From assembly GCA_041742135.1 (NCBI GenBank), contig JBGSJG010000008.1, forward strand, positions 232,964 to 296,963: a DNA stretch of 64,000 nucleotides, written 5' to 3'. Below the pieces are notes generated by a model, which did no database searches, had not been told where the DNA came from, and worked only from the letters and a program-made list of their open reading frames with translations. How positions within the stretch are numbered: the stretch's first letter is position 1; every line of letters begins with the position of its first letter. A program made the position numbers and the translations under genes. Source of the DNA: Patescibacteria group bacterium (GTDB taxonomy: Bacteria; Patescibacteriota; Microgenomatia; UBA8517). Shown piece after piece: positions 38,941-48,250 of the stretch.

Positions 38941-39996
38941 ATGAAAGAAAATTTACAACATTACGAACACCATCAAAGTCATGGATCTGACGCACTACGA
39001 GTAGTTGAACAACGAATTCAATTCTTGGAGATTGATCAAAATGAAAAGCTTGGTCAACACTTTTTAATTGATGATTATTCACTCAGCAGAATGGCACAAG
39101 AAGTTGAGCCTGGAGCCAATGTAATAGAGGTTGGGGCTGGAGTGGGCCAACTTACAGAGTTGCTTACTCAGCAGGCCGATCGTGTAATATCAATTGAAAT
39201 TGATCGCAGATATGAAGCCGTGCTTCAGCAAATCCAAGCTCAACACCCAGGACTGGAAATTGTTTATGGAGATGTTCTTTCAACCAAACTAGGCGCACTA
39301 GTTCGTAAGTTAGAATCCGAAGAACATAATGTTCAGATCGTGGCTAATCTTCCATACCACATTACCGAGCCTTTTATGCAGCAAGCATCAGGACTACATA
39401 TTCCAATGAGTTTGATGGTGGGAGAGAAGTTTGCACAAACCGCAGTAATTGAAAATCCCAACGAACCTTTTTACTCTAGTCTTTCATTGCTTAGTCAATC
39501 TTTTTTTGAGGTTGAAAGAATTCTTGATGTGCCAAGAGAAGCTTTTCTTCCAGAACCACGAACGAAATCTGCTATTATGCGGTTTACTCCAAAAGGAAAT
39601 GTTAAACACTTATCCAGGCAAGATTTCATATCTCAAAGATTGTTTTTGACGATGAATAAAAGTCCTCTTGTAAAAAATGTAATCAAAGAATCTCTGATTG
39701 CTTACTCAGAAGTTTCTCGATATGGGACACGTACAAAAACAGAATCAAGCAGGCTTAGTCGCAGGACTACAAAACAAGAGCTTAAAACCTTGCTTCATCA
39801 ATACCAATTCGGTATTCGCAGTGAAGAAGATGGTAATAGTAGTGCAAACGAAATTGGATTGACACAAAATCAGGCTAAGGACATTATTGGAAACATGGGC
39901 ATATCAGAGCCTATCCTTAACAAGCCATTTTCTCAATTGAATAATAGCGAAATAAGGATTTTAGCACTTTGTTTACAGGGCTCAGGATTACGCTAG
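38941..39996 (+). CDS. KsgA/RsmA/Erm-family adenine methyltransferase with C-terminal extension
   Basis: LGQHFL, IEVGAGVGQLT, IEID, GDVL, ANLPYHIT and F.PEP..S motifs. Confidence 0.85.
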   Translation: MKENLQHYEHHQSHGSDALRVVEQRIQFLEIDQNEKLGQHFLIDDYSLSRMAQEVEPGANVIEVGAGVGQLTELLTQQADRVISIEIDRRYEAVLQQIQAQHPGLEIVYGDVLSTKLGALVRKLESEEHNVQIVANLPYHITEPFMQQASGLHIPMSLMVGEKFAQTAVIENPNEPFYSSLSLLSQSFFEVERILDVPREAFLPEPRTKSAIMRFTPKGNVKHLSRQDFISQRLFLTMNKSPLVKNVIKESLIAYSEVSRYGTRTKTESSRLSRRTTKQELKTLLHQYQFGIRSEEDGNSSANEIGLTQNQAKDIIGNMGISEPILNKPFSQLNNSEIRILALCLQGSGLR

Positions 39997-40041
39997 TTTT
40001 GAAGTTTACAGAAAACAGAGGTTTCAAAGTATAATAAATTT

Positions 40042-41004
40042 ATGGATAAAAAAACTTTTATTTCTCAAATTGAAAAATGTTCAGAATTGCACGATGTTAA
40101 ACCAGGTGTATTACTAGATTTCTTTAAATTACTACTTGAAAAAAATAATGTAACCACAGCAGAACTGGTTTATAAACTTGGCATTCCAAGAACACATCTA
40201 GGCAGGATCCTACAATTTTTTGAAGATTTTCTGCAACCAAAATCTCACCATGTTCGACTGCTGGCTCAATACAATGAACCTTTATCTCACATACTGCGTT
40301 CAGAAAATATAATTGACGAAAAAGAGTTTAGTAGCAAACTATTGAAACTGTTTTCTGAAATACAAAAAGAGCGACCACATCCCAAAAGAGAGCTTGATCA
40401 GTTTTTAGCAACAACAGAGACCATGATTAAAAGAGCTCTCTACTTGCATAAAAATAACGATGTGTATAAAAGAAAAATATTATTGCTTGGAGACGACGAT
40501 TTGACTTCTGTGGCCATAGCCCTTCTAAATACAGCCGATAATAAGATAATGGTCGCTGATATTGATAAAGATGTATTGACTAACTTACAAAGATTAGTTG
40601 AAAAATACAACCTGCCAATAAAAACAACACAAGCAGATTTTCGAACTGATGAATTAGAAAGTCTAAAAGGACAATTTGACTTGGTTTTTACAGATCCTCC
40701 TTACACAACGGATGGTATCAGTCTTTTTCTAGATAGAGCAATTAACTCCATTCGACTTAGAAATAGTTCCAGTATTTATTTTTGCTATGGCAACAGCTCT
40801 AGAGCAACTGAAAGAATATTATCTGTCCAAAAAGCTGTTCTTAATAAAGATCTTGTCTTAACTTCTATTGAAAAGAACTTCAACCAATACACGGGAGCTG
40901 ATAGTATTGGAAATGGAAGTTCACTTTATGGATGTGCTGTAACACCGTCTATTAAGCTTCCAAAGCTCAATAAAACAAAAGAAAGAATATATACACATGA
41001 ATGA
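40042..41004 (+). CDS. BpsA/DUF43-like (branched-chain polyamine synthase) aminopropyltransferase
   Basis: RP.PKRELDQ...T.ET...RA, LLGDDDLTS, DID and FDLVFTDPPYT..G..LF motifs. Confidence 0.85.
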   Translation: MDKKTFISQIEKCSELHDVKPGVLLDFFKLLLEKNNVTTAELVYKLGIPRTHLGRILQFFEDFLQPKSHHVRLLAQYNEPLSHILRSENIIDEKEFSSKLLKLFSEIQKERPHPKRELDQFLATTETMIKRALYLHKNNDVYKRKILLLGDDDLTSVAIALLNTADNKIMVADIDKDVLTNLQRLVEKYNLPIKTTQADFRTDELESLKGQFDLVFTDPPYTTDGISLFLDRAINSIRLRNSSSIYFCYGNSSRATERILSVQKAVLNKDLVLTSIEKNFNQYTGADSIGNGSSLYGCAVTPSIKLPKLNKTKERIYTHE

Positions 41005-41347
41005 CAAACGCCCATTTATCAGACATATTACTATAGAACTTTGGTCAGATTTTAATAATATTTTTGATCCTGAGACTTTTTTTGATCAATTGATTGATAA
41101 TCTAAAACTTAAAGTTGTCGATTCAAACAAACACCTATTTGAAAATGGCGGTTTGACTAAAGTATGCATTCTTTCAACTTCTCATATTGCGCTCCATACG
41201 TGGCCAGAGTTGGGCTATATCCACATTGATTTACTTTCTTGCAGGAAAGATCTTTCCGAAACTAATGTTGAAAGTGTTGCACTTACATTATTCGGCAATA
41301 AGAAAGAAATACCTAAATATGTTATTCGAAGAATCGAAGAATTATGA
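40997..41347 (+). CDS. speD: S-adenosylmethionine decarboxylase proenzyme
   Basis: GLT...LSTSHIALHTWPE.GY..ID..SC. The cleavage site is TS rather than the usual ES. Confidence 0.85.
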   Translation: MNDKRPFIRHITIELWSDFNNIFDPETFFDQLIDNLKLKVVDSNKHLFENGGLTKVCILSTSHIALHTWPELGYIHIDLLSCRKDLSETNVESVALTLFGNKKEIPKYVIRRIEEL

Positions 41348-41363
41348 TACAATTCGTAGGTAA

Positions 41364-41924
41364 ATGAGTAACTTAGATAAAATCCAAAAATCTTACTTAG
41401 AAATCTTGCAAGAGTTTGGCATTACTAGCGATGAGGTTTTAGAAAACACTCCTGCCAGAGCAGCAAAAGCAATGCAAGAGTTGCTTGATGGTCACAATGA
41501 ACTTGCCAAAATTAATTGGAAAACCTTTGATATCAACGAGCCGGGTGAGTTGGTTTTGATAAAAGGCATTGCTTTTCAATCTCTTTGCGAACATCATATT
41601 CTGCCGTTCGCTGGAACTGTCTCTGTAGCTTACATTCCGAAGAATAAAGTAGTGGGACTCAGTAAAATCCCCAGATTGGTAAAAGCTGTAAGTCATCAGC
41701 TACAATTGCAGGAAAGAATGACTAATCAAATTGCGGATCTATTGCAGGAAAAACTGGATCCGAAAGGGATAGCTGTTTACGTCAAGGCTGAACATGCTTG
41801 CATGTATATGCGAGGAATTTGTTCAACCTCTGAAACTGTTACATATACATTACGAGGTGAGTTTAAAGCTGATAAACAACTCAGAGATGAGTTCTTTCAG
41901 TGCATAGAAAGTGAGCGAAAATGA
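41364..41924 (+). CDS. folE: GTP cyclohydrolase I
   Basis: TPARAAK, SLCEHHILPF, GLSKIPR, QLQER and HACMYMRG motifs. Confidence 0.95.
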   Translation: MSNLDKIQKSYLEILQEFGITSDEVLENTPARAAKAMQELLDGHNELAKINWKTFDINEPGELVLIKGIAFQSLCEHHILPFAGTVSVAYIPKNKVVGLSKIPRLVKAVSHQLQLQERMTNQIADLLQEKLDPKGIAVYVKAEHACMYMRGICSTSETVTYTLRGEFKADKQLRDEFFQCIESERK

Positions 41925-42280
41925 TTATAATGAAACAATTTACATTTGATTCTTCTCATCAGTTGATGGATTATGATGGTCCTTGTGCTAACTTGCATGG
42001 TCATACCTACAAACTTGAAATTTACGTTTCTGGCCCACTTACTAAACAAGGCTTCGTGGTTGATTTTACAATTGTGAAGAAAATTGTTCAGGAAAACGTG
42101 ATACAGATTCTTGATCACCATCACCTTAATGACATTATTGAACAACCTACCGCCGAACATATTACTCAATGGATTTGGAATCATATTGAAGAGCCAATTA
42201 GTTCTCAAGAAAAAAATCTTAAGCTTTCCAAAGTGGTCCTTTGGGAAACACCAACTAGCTGTGCAATCCTTGAGAAGTAA
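41921..42280 (+). CDS. queD: 6-carboxy-5,6,7,8-tetrahydropterin synthase
   Basis: FDSSH, CANLHGHTY, VVDF, LDH, PTAE and WETPT motifs. Confidence 0.93.
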   Translation: MIIMKQFTFDSSHQLMDYDGPCANLHGHTYKLEIYVSGPLTKQGFVVDFTIVKKIVQENVIQILDHHHLNDIIEQPTAEHITQWIWNHIEEPISSQEKNLKLSKVVLWETPTSCAILEK

Positions 42281-43093
42281 TTATTTCAATCGAAAGATTG
42301 CCTGGCTGTAATAACCCAATAACAGCGAACTTTTCCAAATAAACAGATAACAACCCGCTAGAACCCCCTTCTTTTTTGAAGCTTGAATAATGTATTTATT
42401 TGCGCTTCCAACAATACCAGTTGGCTTGTCATGTACTCCGATTTCAACCCCAATCCTTTTACCTACACCATACCAAAAAGCACTCCGAAGATCTCGACGA
42501 GGTGTTAGTGGTGGGTGAAGAACTCTGGCTGTTGAGTCGTATGATATTTTTAATCCAGCTTTTTGAACTCTACTGTCAAATTCACTGTCTTCTAACCAAC
42601 ATAACTTGGGGTGGAAAAAATAACCTCCGATGTGAGTTTTTATTTTTTTGCTAAACAAGAGAGGTGGTGAAAAGGCACTTATCTTGTCGCTAGTATGATA
42701 TTCCCTTGAACGAGAAACCACTTTTGACAGGAAAGAGTCATGAGTAAATACAACCTTACCCTTTGATAGCAAATTCCCGTTTAAGTTTGCATACAATTTT
42801 TGAATACAGCTCTTATCAAAAATACAATCTGAATCCATAAGTAAAATTAGTTCATGGGTCGCAGCTTTAATGCCGTTATTGTAAGCACCTGCAATTGATG
42901 CTTCTTTGATTGTGCACGTTTTTATTTTCAGGTGGGATAGCTTTTTAGATCGCAATAATTTTTTAATTTCCTCCAGCACCTTTTTAGATGGTTTATTAAG
43001 CGATATGACTACCTCCACCTTTTCATCAATTGATTTTATACAATCACTAATTCTTAAATCGTCAGAAACGGGAATAACAATTGATATATTCAT
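42281..43093 (-). CDS. Glycosyltransferase family 2
   Basis: ISIVIP, AYNNGI, MDSDC (DxD), GG.F and ED.EF motifs. Confidence 0.85.
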   Translation of the reverse strand: MNISIVIPVSDDLRISDCIKSIDEKVEVVISLNKPSKKVLEEIKKLLRSKKLSHLKIKTCTIKEASIAGAYNNGIKAATHELILLMDSDCIFDKSCIQKLYANLNGNLLSKGKVVFTHDSFLSKVVSRSREYHTSDKISAFSPPLLFSKKIKTHIGGYFFHPKLCWLEDSEFDSRVQKAGLKISYDSTARVLHPPLTPRRDLRSAFWYGVGKRIGVEIGVHDKPTGIVGSANKYIIQASKKKGVLAGCYLFIWKSSLLLGYYSQAIFRLK

Positions 43094-43773
43094 ATGCTTT
43101 CCTTAAGAACCATTTTTTCACACAAGTTCCAAGAATATGTCACTGACATTCCAGTTTTTTTCTCAAAAGTTTCTTCAAACTTATTTGTTTCCTTGATCGA
43201 CAGAAGCAGCTCAACCATCTTTTTTTGCCCTATCTCTTTAATCACGGTAGCAATATATTTGTAAGCAGTAAGATAGCTGTAAGCAGGAACATCATGTTTT
43301 CCAAAAGGTCGTATGTTCTGAGAAAGGTTAAAAAAACCATGTTGGTTTAGTAACTGAGAAAATTCTTTCTCTCTTTTCTGAAAACTTAAATTAGCACCAA
43401 CATATACAGCAACTCCTTCTTCAAACCAGACAGGGGCTTTTATTGTGTGGCGCCTGAAGAAAAGATGCACCATTTGATGAATTAAGCTCTCAGTTAAATC
43501 TACTAAAGTATGACCCGTCTCATCCTCTTTCCAAAGAGAAGGGTCGTATAGATAGATAGTGTCATCCTGGTTGGTTGTAACTCCGGATTTTGGACGATCC
43601 TTACCAATAAGAGTACACATGCTTTCATGATCTTTTGCCACTACCACTTTTATGTCAAGAAAGTCTTCATGGAAAAAATCTTTAATAATCTTTTTGGCTG
43701 AAAAGGTGGATTCAATTACAATCTTACTTGTTGCTACAGATATTCCAGGTTCAAATGAGACGGTGACATTCAT
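43090..43773 (-). CDS. Peptidase MA-like (gluzincin fold) protein with degenerate HQMVH motif
   Basis: LIHQMVH...APVWFEEGVAVY...Y..AY pattern. Confidence 0.65.
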   Translation of the reverse strand: MNVTVSFEPGISVATSKIVIESTFSAKKIIKDFFHEDFLDIKVVVAKDHESMCTLIGKDRPKSGVTTNQDDTIYLYDPSLWKEDETGHTLVDLTESLIHQMVHLFFRRHTIKAPVWFEEGVAVYVGANLSFQKREKEFSQLLNQHGFFNLSQNIRPFGKHDVPAYSYLTAYKYIATVIKEIGQKKMVELLLSIKETNKFEETFEKKTGMSVTYSWNLCEKMVLKESI

Positions 43774-43780
43774 TGTAATT

Positions 43781-44917
43781 TTAGTAAATCTTTACTTTCG
43801 ACAACTGCTTTAATCTAAGATTAATTTTTGCTTCATATCTATGGTATCTTGACTTGAGAAAAACTTTTAGGGAATCGGGGATGATTTCTTCGTATTGATG
43901 GAGAGCATAGAGTATGTCCAGTTTTCTCTCTATCTGTAATTTGGAAAACCGAGCAATATACCCTTTATCAATGGTCCCTTCTTTGTCTGCTAGAGGATGC
44001 GAAATATATCGATCAAGTTTTTGGCCGGCAATAATGAAGGAGATAGCTCTATTGAAACATGCCTTACAGTTACCACAATTGTTTCCCAAATAACAACTCA
44101 CTGTCTCACTTGGAGCAACACCAAAGGACTCACTCCAATGGTTTTTCCAGAAGGAAATAATCTCAGGCTTAGTATAGTCAAAAAAGGGAGTTGTTAATTC
44201 TATATTCTTGGAATATATCTTTGAGAAAATTCTGTTACAAGACGAGTAAAACCTACGGCTTTTATCAGTATTTACATAGTTTATTTCTTCTTTATGCGCA
44301 CATATAAATACAGAAATTTTTTCCTTAGTTGATTGATTGGCAATTTCTGAAGCAACTGCTGCAAATAAAAGATTTCTAGCAGGAATAATTCCCATTTTCC
44401 AACGATCCCAGCCTGCATCAACATAACTTTTCAGATTGATTTTTACTATGAGAAGTTTAATTTTCAATTTTTTGCAAAGCTTTTTAACAACGCGTAACTC
44501 ATCTGCTTCGTTTTTTTGCCCAAATCCTATCCACACGGCCAAAACCTTCATTCCTTTATCTAGTGCATACAAAGCGCCAGCGGTGCTATCAACCCCACCA
44601 CTAAAAGAAATGACGCAATCGTAGTCGTTCTTTTCTGAAGCAACTAAAGTATTACTATCACCAGTAAACTCAAAATCAAGATTAAATGTTCTTGGAGCAG
44701 CTCTTTTGTCATTAAGGACATAAGATAAGAAAGAATTTAGTGCAGGTTTTGAGAAAAATTTTTTACCATTTACTGATACTGTGTCTTTTTCCAGATATCC
44801 AGCCAAAGTTGTTAAAAGTGCAACTTTAACAAAGACACCAATGGTATCTGGATTAATACCTTCTATGTTTAGATCGCTAGTATTTATTTGTTTATTACCT
44901 ATTTTTCCGATAATCAT
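43781..44917 (-). CDS. queC: QueC-family (7-cyano-7-deazaguanine synthase-like) ATPase, extended
   Basis: SFSGGVDS PP-loop, FGQKN..E, IPARN, TPF...K.EI and SCY...CGNCKAC..R motifs. Confidence 0.85.
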   Translation of the reverse strand: MIIGKIGNKQINTSDLNIEGINPDTIGVFVKVALLTTLAGYLEKDTVSVNGKKFFSKPALNSFLSYVLNDKRAAPRTFNLDFEFTGDSNTLVASEKNDYDCVISFSGGVDSTAGALYALDKGMKVLAVWIGFGQKNEADELRVVKKLCKKLKIKLLIVKINLKSYVDAGWDRWKMGIIPARNLLFAAVASEIANQSTKEKISVFICAHKEEINYVNTDKSRRFYSSCNRIFSKIYSKNIELTTPFFDYTKPEIISFWKNHWSESFGVAPSETVSCYLGNNCGNCKACFNRAISFIIAGQKLDRYISHPLADKEGTIDKGYIARFSKLQIERKLDILYALHQYEEIIPDSLKVFLKSRYHRYEAKINLRLKQLSKVKIY

Positions 44918-46638
44918 ATTGTTCTTCCTTTTTCAACCCAATAACTTCCAATAGCCAGGCAGTCTATTTCGCTTGTATACAGCGTTTTTATTGCTTGCTC
45001 GGGAGTAGTAACTATTGGTTCACCCCCAATGTTAAAGGATGTATCCAGTACGATTGGTATGCCAGTAAGTTTGTTAAATTCTTCAATCAGTCGATAGTAT
45101 AAAGGACTATTATGTTTATAGACCGATTGATAACGTGCTGTTCCATCTACATGCACAATAGCAGGAACCTCGGCTCTTTTATTTTTCGTGACGTAATGGG
45201 TTAGAAGCATAAAAGGACTATCGCAAGCATCATCAAAGTATTCTTTAGCTCTATTACCGATGACGCTTGGAGCAAGCGGTCGCCACTGCTCACGAGACTT
45301 TATAACATTCAATGTTCTATGCATTTCAGAGATAGAGGGATTTGCAACAATACTTCTAGAACCTAGTGCTCTGGGACCAATTTCCATTCTTCCTTGAAAC
45401 CATCCAACTATTTTCCCGTCAGCGACAGCTCGAGCAGTTTTAAGTGCGATGTCAGAAACCTGGGTGTGAGGAATTTTCAATCTTTGAAGTTCTTCTTCAA
45501 TTTCTTCGTCAGAGTAGCTTACTCCCCAATATGAGTGATCCATTTTGGGAAAACCAGCCTCACCATTTTCGTAGGCAACCTCAAGAGCTGCCCCTAAACT
45601 CACACCAGCATCATTCGCTGCTGGCTGAATATAGAGGGAGTCGGCATATTTTTCAGTCAAAATTCTTCCATTAGCTATACAGTTAAGTGCAACCCCGCCA
45701 GAATAGGCTACATTCCTGTTGCCAGTTTTCTGCACCAATACCGATACCAGATGTAAAACCGTATTTTCTAAGGCTTTTTGTACAGATGCCGCAAAGTCTT
45801 TGGAGAACTGAGAAAGAAGAAGTTCTTCTTGCACTTTTCCTGTTTTTTTAGAGAAAGAGAACTTTTTATCTATTTTTTCTTTCGGAAAACGTTTTGAGAA
45901 ACTATTAAGCCAAAATTCTTGAATAGGTTTTTGTTTATCTAATTGTCCTTTTTGTTCAACAGAATCTAATCCCACGATAGAATATCCAGTATTGTCCAGC
46001 ACTATTTCTGGGAATTCATAGACTGGTTTTCCGTGAGCTGCTAACCCCATTAATTTCCCGGCATCAGATGACCTCAAACCAATAAATGTGCATGCAGCTT
46101 CAATAAAATATCCAAGTGAATATTCGATAGGGAATGTCTTAAAGAATTCAATTTGGCCACCATCAGAATATCCCAATGCTCCGCTTCCAAATTCTCCCTG
46201 ACCATCAAGTACTAATATCGAAGATTTATCGAAACCTGAAACGCGAAAAGCGCTAGCGGCGTGAGCAATGTGATGGGGTACGTATTGAATTTTGGGTAGA
46301 CGTTTTAAATCATTAATCTCTGATAAATTAAAGGGGAATAATTCTTTTAATAAGCCCTTATCATTTGGAAACGGATACTTTAATCCGGCAGCTTTATATA
46401 GCCCTGGCTTATCCCAACCATAGACCACAACATCAATATCCCCAATGGTAAGATTGTGTTGTTCAAGGCAGTATTTAATTGCATGAATTGGAAAAACATC
46501 AAAAGCATAGCGTTTCCGAATAAAACGCTCTTCTTCAACAAACGAAAGAATTTGGTTATCCTTGATCAAACATGCTGAAGCGTCATGACCTTGTGTTTTC
46601 CAACCATTGACCCCTAATATAGTTAGATTTTTCTTCAT
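44914..46638 (-). CDS. O-carbamoyltransferase (NodU/CmcH/TobZ family)
   Basis: HDASACL, EEERF, HHIAHA, DGQGE, GKLMGLA, GGVALNC, GPRALGSRS, RPLAPS and HVDGTAR motifs. Confidence 0.95.
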   Translation of the reverse strand: MKKNLTILGVNGWKTQGHDASACLIKDNQILSFVEEERFIRKRYAFDVFPIHAIKYCLEQHNLTIGDIDVVVYGWDKPGLYKAAGLKYPFPNDKGLLKELFPFNLSEINDLKRLPKIQYVPHHIAHAASAFRVSGFDKSSILVLDGQGEFGSGALGYSDGGQIEFFKTFPIEYSLGYFIEAACTFIGLRSSDAGKLMGLAAHGKPVYEFPEIVLDNTGYSIVGLDSVEQKGQLDKQKPIQEFWLNSFSKRFPKEKIDKKFSFSKKTGKVQEELLLSQFSKDFAASVQKALENTVLHLVSVLVQKTGNRNVAYSGGVALNCIANGRILTEKYADSLYIQPAANDAGVSLGAALEVAYENGEAGFPKMDHSYWGVSYSDEEIEEELQRLKIPHTQVSDIALKTARAVADGKIVGWFQGRMEIGPRALGSRSIVANPSISEMHRTLNVIKSREQWRPLAPSVIGNRAKEYFDDACDSPFMLLTHYVTKNKRAEVPAIVHVDGTARYQSVYKHNSPLYYRLIEEFNKLTGIPIVLDTSFNIGGEPIVTTPEQAIKTLYTSEIDCLAIGSYWVEKGRTI

Positions 46639-46650
46639 AATATTTTTGTT

Positions 46651-47508
46651 TTAAACTCCTCTTTTGGCACCCCATATTTCATTTTGTAATCTACCTAGGA
46701 GTCTATAGCCCTTCTTTTTAGCGTACTCGACTACTCTTTGGGCATTATGCCTTACTTCCTCTGCCGTAACCCCCTGCGGCATAAGAATAACTTGTTCAAC
46801 TGGAATGGCCATCCCTTTAACCCATTCATTTTCAATCTCATCTAAATCTTCATCGTGCATCACTACGAACTTGAACATTGTGTTTGCCTGTGAAAGTGCT
46901 TGAATTACTTCTGGTCTTTTACGAGCATTCTTATGGTTTTGACTATTTTTCAGTTTAGGGCTACAGTTAAATTGACATCTAGAAAGCTGTGACTCTGTGG
47001 GCATAATTGTGCCATTGGTTTCAATTTCAATGACCCAATCCTCTCCCAACTCTGTCATTAATAAGTCTATCTGGTCTTTTTGCAGGAGAGGCTCACCGCC
47101 GGTGATAACAACACGCTTTTGTACATCTGGGTTTTCAGCTCCCCACTCTTGAGAAACACGTTCTGCGGTTTTTTCTATAGACCATTGTTCGCTTTCGGTC
47201 CAAAACTCCTTACTCTTAGGGTTCCATGTATAGTAAGCATCGCACCAGACGCACCTCAAGTTGCAAACATGCAATCTCAAGAAAACAGTTGGTTCGCCCA
47301 TACTAGGACCTTCACCTTGAATAGTGTAGAAAACACTGTCTCCACTAACTCTAAAGTGTCCTTTTTCAAGTCGAACATTTTCTGGAATCCTTAAAGCAGG
47401 ATCAACCTCATTGTTATCGAAGTCAAACGCTCGCTTTAATTCCTCGTCAAAGCTTTCTTCGATCCCATCTCCAAGGAATTGTTTTATTCTTTCTGTATTT
47501 AAAGACAT
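46651..47508 (-). CDS. queE: 7-carboxy-7-deazaguanine synthase (radical SAM)
   Basis: FYTIQGEG, FLRL..CNLRCVWCD, ITGGEPLLQ, IETNGT, SPK and KFVV motifs. Confidence 0.93.
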   Translation of the reverse strand: MSLNTERIKQFLGDGIEESFDEELKRAFDFDNNEVDPALRIPENVRLEKGHFRVSGDSVFYTIQGEGPSMGEPTVFLRLHVCNLRCVWCDAYYTWNPKSKEFWTESEQWSIEKTAERVSQEWGAENPDVQKRVVITGGEPLLQKDQIDLLMTELGEDWVIEIETNGTIMPTESQLSRCQFNCSPKLKNSQNHKNARKRPEVIQALSQANTMFKFVVMHDEDLDEIENEWVKGMAIPVEQVILMPQGVTAEEVRHNAQRVVEYAKKKGYRLLGRLQNEIWGAKRGV

Positions 47509-47584
47509 TTTTAAGCTTTCTAAATTTCGTTAAATTGATCATATTATACACAAAGTAGGTCAATATTTCTCTGGAGATTCTCTA

Positions 47585-48214
47585 TCATTCTTTGAGCAAC
47601 TCCGTATATCTTTTTATTTGAAATACCTCTGCATATTCACAACCCTCATGCAATAGACCCCTATACTGATTCAGTCCCTTGATTGCCAGATCTATACGTG
47701 ATTTATCCAATTGAGATTGATAAAGAGACAATGCTTTCATTTTTTGATTTATTTTCGATGAAATGTCTTCAGTTAAGTTGTATGTTTGCAATGGTTTGTG
47801 AACCTCGTACAACACTAATCCTTTAGCAGGTTTTTTTGTGAGTTGATTATATCTCCAGAATGACTCAATAATTAGCTGATACGCTATCTTGTGTTCATAG
47901 TCAGCATCATCAGCATGATTACAATAAATTAAATCAGGAGTACTAATTTTAAAAATATCTATTATTTTCTTAATATTTTGTGCAGACACTTTAAAAGATT
48001 GGTCTTTCAATCGAAGAAAATAATGCTCTTTGACTCCCATGAATTTGCAGACTTCTTTCGCCTCTTTTTCCCTCAAATCTTCAATACTATCTCCTGAAGA
48101 TAAATATAAGACATCCACTTCATGATGTGCTTCCACAGCCTTGGCCATTAAACCACCAGCACCAATAATTTCATCATCGGGGTGTGGAGCTACAACTAAT
48201 ATTTTCTTTTTCAT
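47585..48214 (-). CDS. PIG-L/LmbE family deacetylase
   Basis: APHPDDE, RE.E, D..YEH and K..AL..YQSQ motifs. Confidence 0.9.
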   Translation of the reverse strand: MKKKILVVAPHPDDEIIGAGGLMAKAVEAHHEVDVLYLSSGDSIEDLREKEAKEVCKFMGVKEHYFLRLKDQSFKVSAQNIKKIIDIFKISTPDLIYCNHADDADYEHKIAYQLIIESFWRYNQLTKKPAKGLVLYEVHKPLQTYNLTEDISSKINQKMKALSLYQSQLDKSRIDLAIKGLNQYRGLLHEGCEYAEVFQIKRYTELLKE

Positions 48215-48250
48215 AAAGTATCTTCTTGAACTATAATACCATTAATAACT

